Position numbers and translations under genes: made by a program
DNA from: Euglena gracilis
Taxonomy: Eukaryota
Reading direction: 5' to 3'
DNA length: 64,000 nucleotides
Assembly (NCBI GenBank): GCA_039621445.1
Contig: CP154954.1
Span: forward strand, 37,681,703-37,745,702
Shown: in pieces, positions 61,997 to 64,000 of the stretch
Layout of the letters: the number at the start of each line of letters is the position of its first letter
Position numbering within the stretch: the first letter of the stretch is position 1
The notes under the pieces: generated by a model
The model's input: the letters and a program-made list of their open reading frames with translations, nothing else
Databases searched by the model: none
Told to the model about the DNA's origin: nothing

Positions 61997-64000
61997 TGTG
62001 TACCAGGCACGATCCCAGCTCTGTAGGAAACCTGCAGAGTCTGGATCCGTCACAATCTGACGGCTCTGATGAACACAGCCTGACGATCGTGGCAGATCCT
62101 ATGGGATTTAGCGACACGTATCACACGTGCCTGCGTGATCTCTTTTCCTCACAGGTGGTATTCTATTCTTCACATTCTGATTGTTTTGAAGTAAGAGGAC
62201 AAACCTCTGAAAGGACTGAACACAACTGTGAACAGTGACTTGCCTTGTGATCTGTCTTAGCATAGGGGAATTGCGAAAAAGGGTTTTGTTACTCCAAGGA
62301 TTTTTAGTCACCTAAGTAGGTGCGTACCAGGAGAAAGCGAAACAGGCTTTTCCGGGACAAAATGGGTCAAATGGAAGTCCTTGGACGTACACTTGGTAGC
62401 AGAATAGGTCAAAGATACTACAGAAAGAAAGGCCACCAGGTAATACACTTGGTAGCAGATTTAGGCAACGATCCTACAAAGACGTTCCACACAGACAAAC
62501 TCTGTGGTTGACTGGTGGTGAGGATCGTACTGAGCCGTGAACCACGGTGAAAGTACTGTTCCTGGCCCTTAGCCAACCTTTAAGCAAGGATACAGGTCTC
62601 CGAAGGCTCTGTTTGGTATTCGCCGATACAACCTTTCTGGTCCCTGTTTCACAGCTTATTTGTATTAATTTTTGGGTTTTTGCCTTTTACCCAGCTCAAA
62701 AGATGCAGAGCACAACCCCCAGCAACAAATTTGATTATGACTTGTTGATGAGTTCATTGACCAATCTTGATGATTATTGCGGGGATTGGAACGGTTCGAT
62801 GGAAACAAGTTCCAATTCCCGACCCCCCAAGCAACGAGAAGACACATGACATCAATTGTCATTGTCACAAGGCGTCATTGTCATTGATTGCACGGGATGT
62901 GGGTGGCAAAATGCCTTCCTCCATCCCGGTTCACCCATCATTGATTCGGCGAGGGGATGAACCCCTTGCACCGTTACACTTGGCAACTCATGTAACCCAT
63001 GAACAAAGTGAGGGGTACTTGCCCTTTGCTCTGTTCACTCCCAAAAGATCCCAGGTGGAAGCACCGGTGGGCCTTTTGGAGTGCAACTCGGTGGAAACAC
63101 CGTGTTTTCTCCACCCCCCCCCTCAATTTCCACCCCCCACACCATTTCACGCATTGCGGGATTACCCGCGGAAACTGCGGTTTTCCCTGCTTTGCCATGG
63201 AGCCCAGATATGTGTCTGTTGGTAACGGAAATCTCTGGTGCCGTTTCCATTGTGGAGGACTATGAGGAAGATTTGAGGGATAAACTCAATCCCGGTGATG
63301 TTTACCGTATTCTCGGAGAACTCCCAGCGGATCACCCGCCGAGCAAGCAAATTTTGCATGTCCACCAATGTTTTGCGGAATGTGCAACCATGCTCAACAA
63401 GGTTTTGCAGTTTGATGAGGACAATCAAAGGGTTGTCAACACCAAACTGGAATATTGCTGGAATTATTTGCAGGAAATCGGCAAATATTGCCAACACAAT
63501 TTTGAAAATGCGGGAAAGACCTTCAGCACTTTCGCGAAAGTGTTGACAGTATTTTGCGCATCCAACTTCCGCAAAACTTCCAACAAATCAGTGAAACACT
63601 GCATGAAGCGGAAACGCGGAATGATTTCAAGTTTCTGCATGTGCAAGATGGTATGAGCCATCTTTTTGCCAAAGTGGAATCATGTTCAACCACGCTACTG
63701 CAATTGCAGCACCAGTTACAAGCGCAAAATGCCACCCCCAAAAAGCCGAAAATCGGTACGTTTGTTGCGGTTGGGCATTTTGCAACACTCACTACTACTT
63801 TCCAAGAAGCCCAACAACGGATTTTGTATCTTTGCTCGGAAATAGAGCTTTTGAAGCAATGTCAAGCGGAAGTGCAAGAACATTTTGTTCCCCGTACGCA
63901 AATCCAGCTTTTGGAGGAACGAATTTTACACTTGGCGCAAAAATCCTGCCATTATGCCGCAAATCAGGACGGATTAACCACCCTGCACGCGAAAATTGCG
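61997..64000 (+). mobile_element. Family A element 5' part (copy A4): LTR 61997-62393, two PBS, gag from 62703
   Basis: TGTGTACC...GGACGTACACT then TGGTAGCAGA at 62394 and again at 62450; gag closely matches 58340-59688. Confidence 0.92.

Overview
Eukaryotic, almost entirely repeat-derived window: a nest of decayed Ty3/Gypsy-type LTR retrotransposons with chromodomain integrases, interleaved with a ~216-bp CpG-rich satellite and GC-rich minisatellites. Family A is represented by one complete ~16.8-kb copy (43619-60375, -) and several partial copies (1-7629 +; ~8600-15100 -; 22200-32216 +; 38100-41049 -; 61495-61996 -; 61997-64000 +), plus a solo LTR (34086-34401). Its layout is LTR, tRNAi-Met PBS, ~1,380-codon gag, conserved in-frame stop with hairpin, protease, Cys motif, Dam/DIRS-like N6-adenine methyltransferase domain, RT, RNase H, integrase, chromodomain, a ~1,800-codon non-env accessory ORF, PPT, LTR. 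Family B (~17000-22196, -) instead has a C5-cytosine methyltransferase fused in frame directly upstream of its protease. The main signal is two Gypsy lineages each carrying a different DNA-methyltransferase class inside Pol. Family A also shows apparent TG...CT termini, probable gag-pol stop-codon readthrough, and acceptor-like sites before each ORF. All copies have stops or frameshifts; many frameshifts lie in homopolymers and could be sequencing errors. Domain calls are by motif recognition only, with no searches run, and internal boundaries are approximate.
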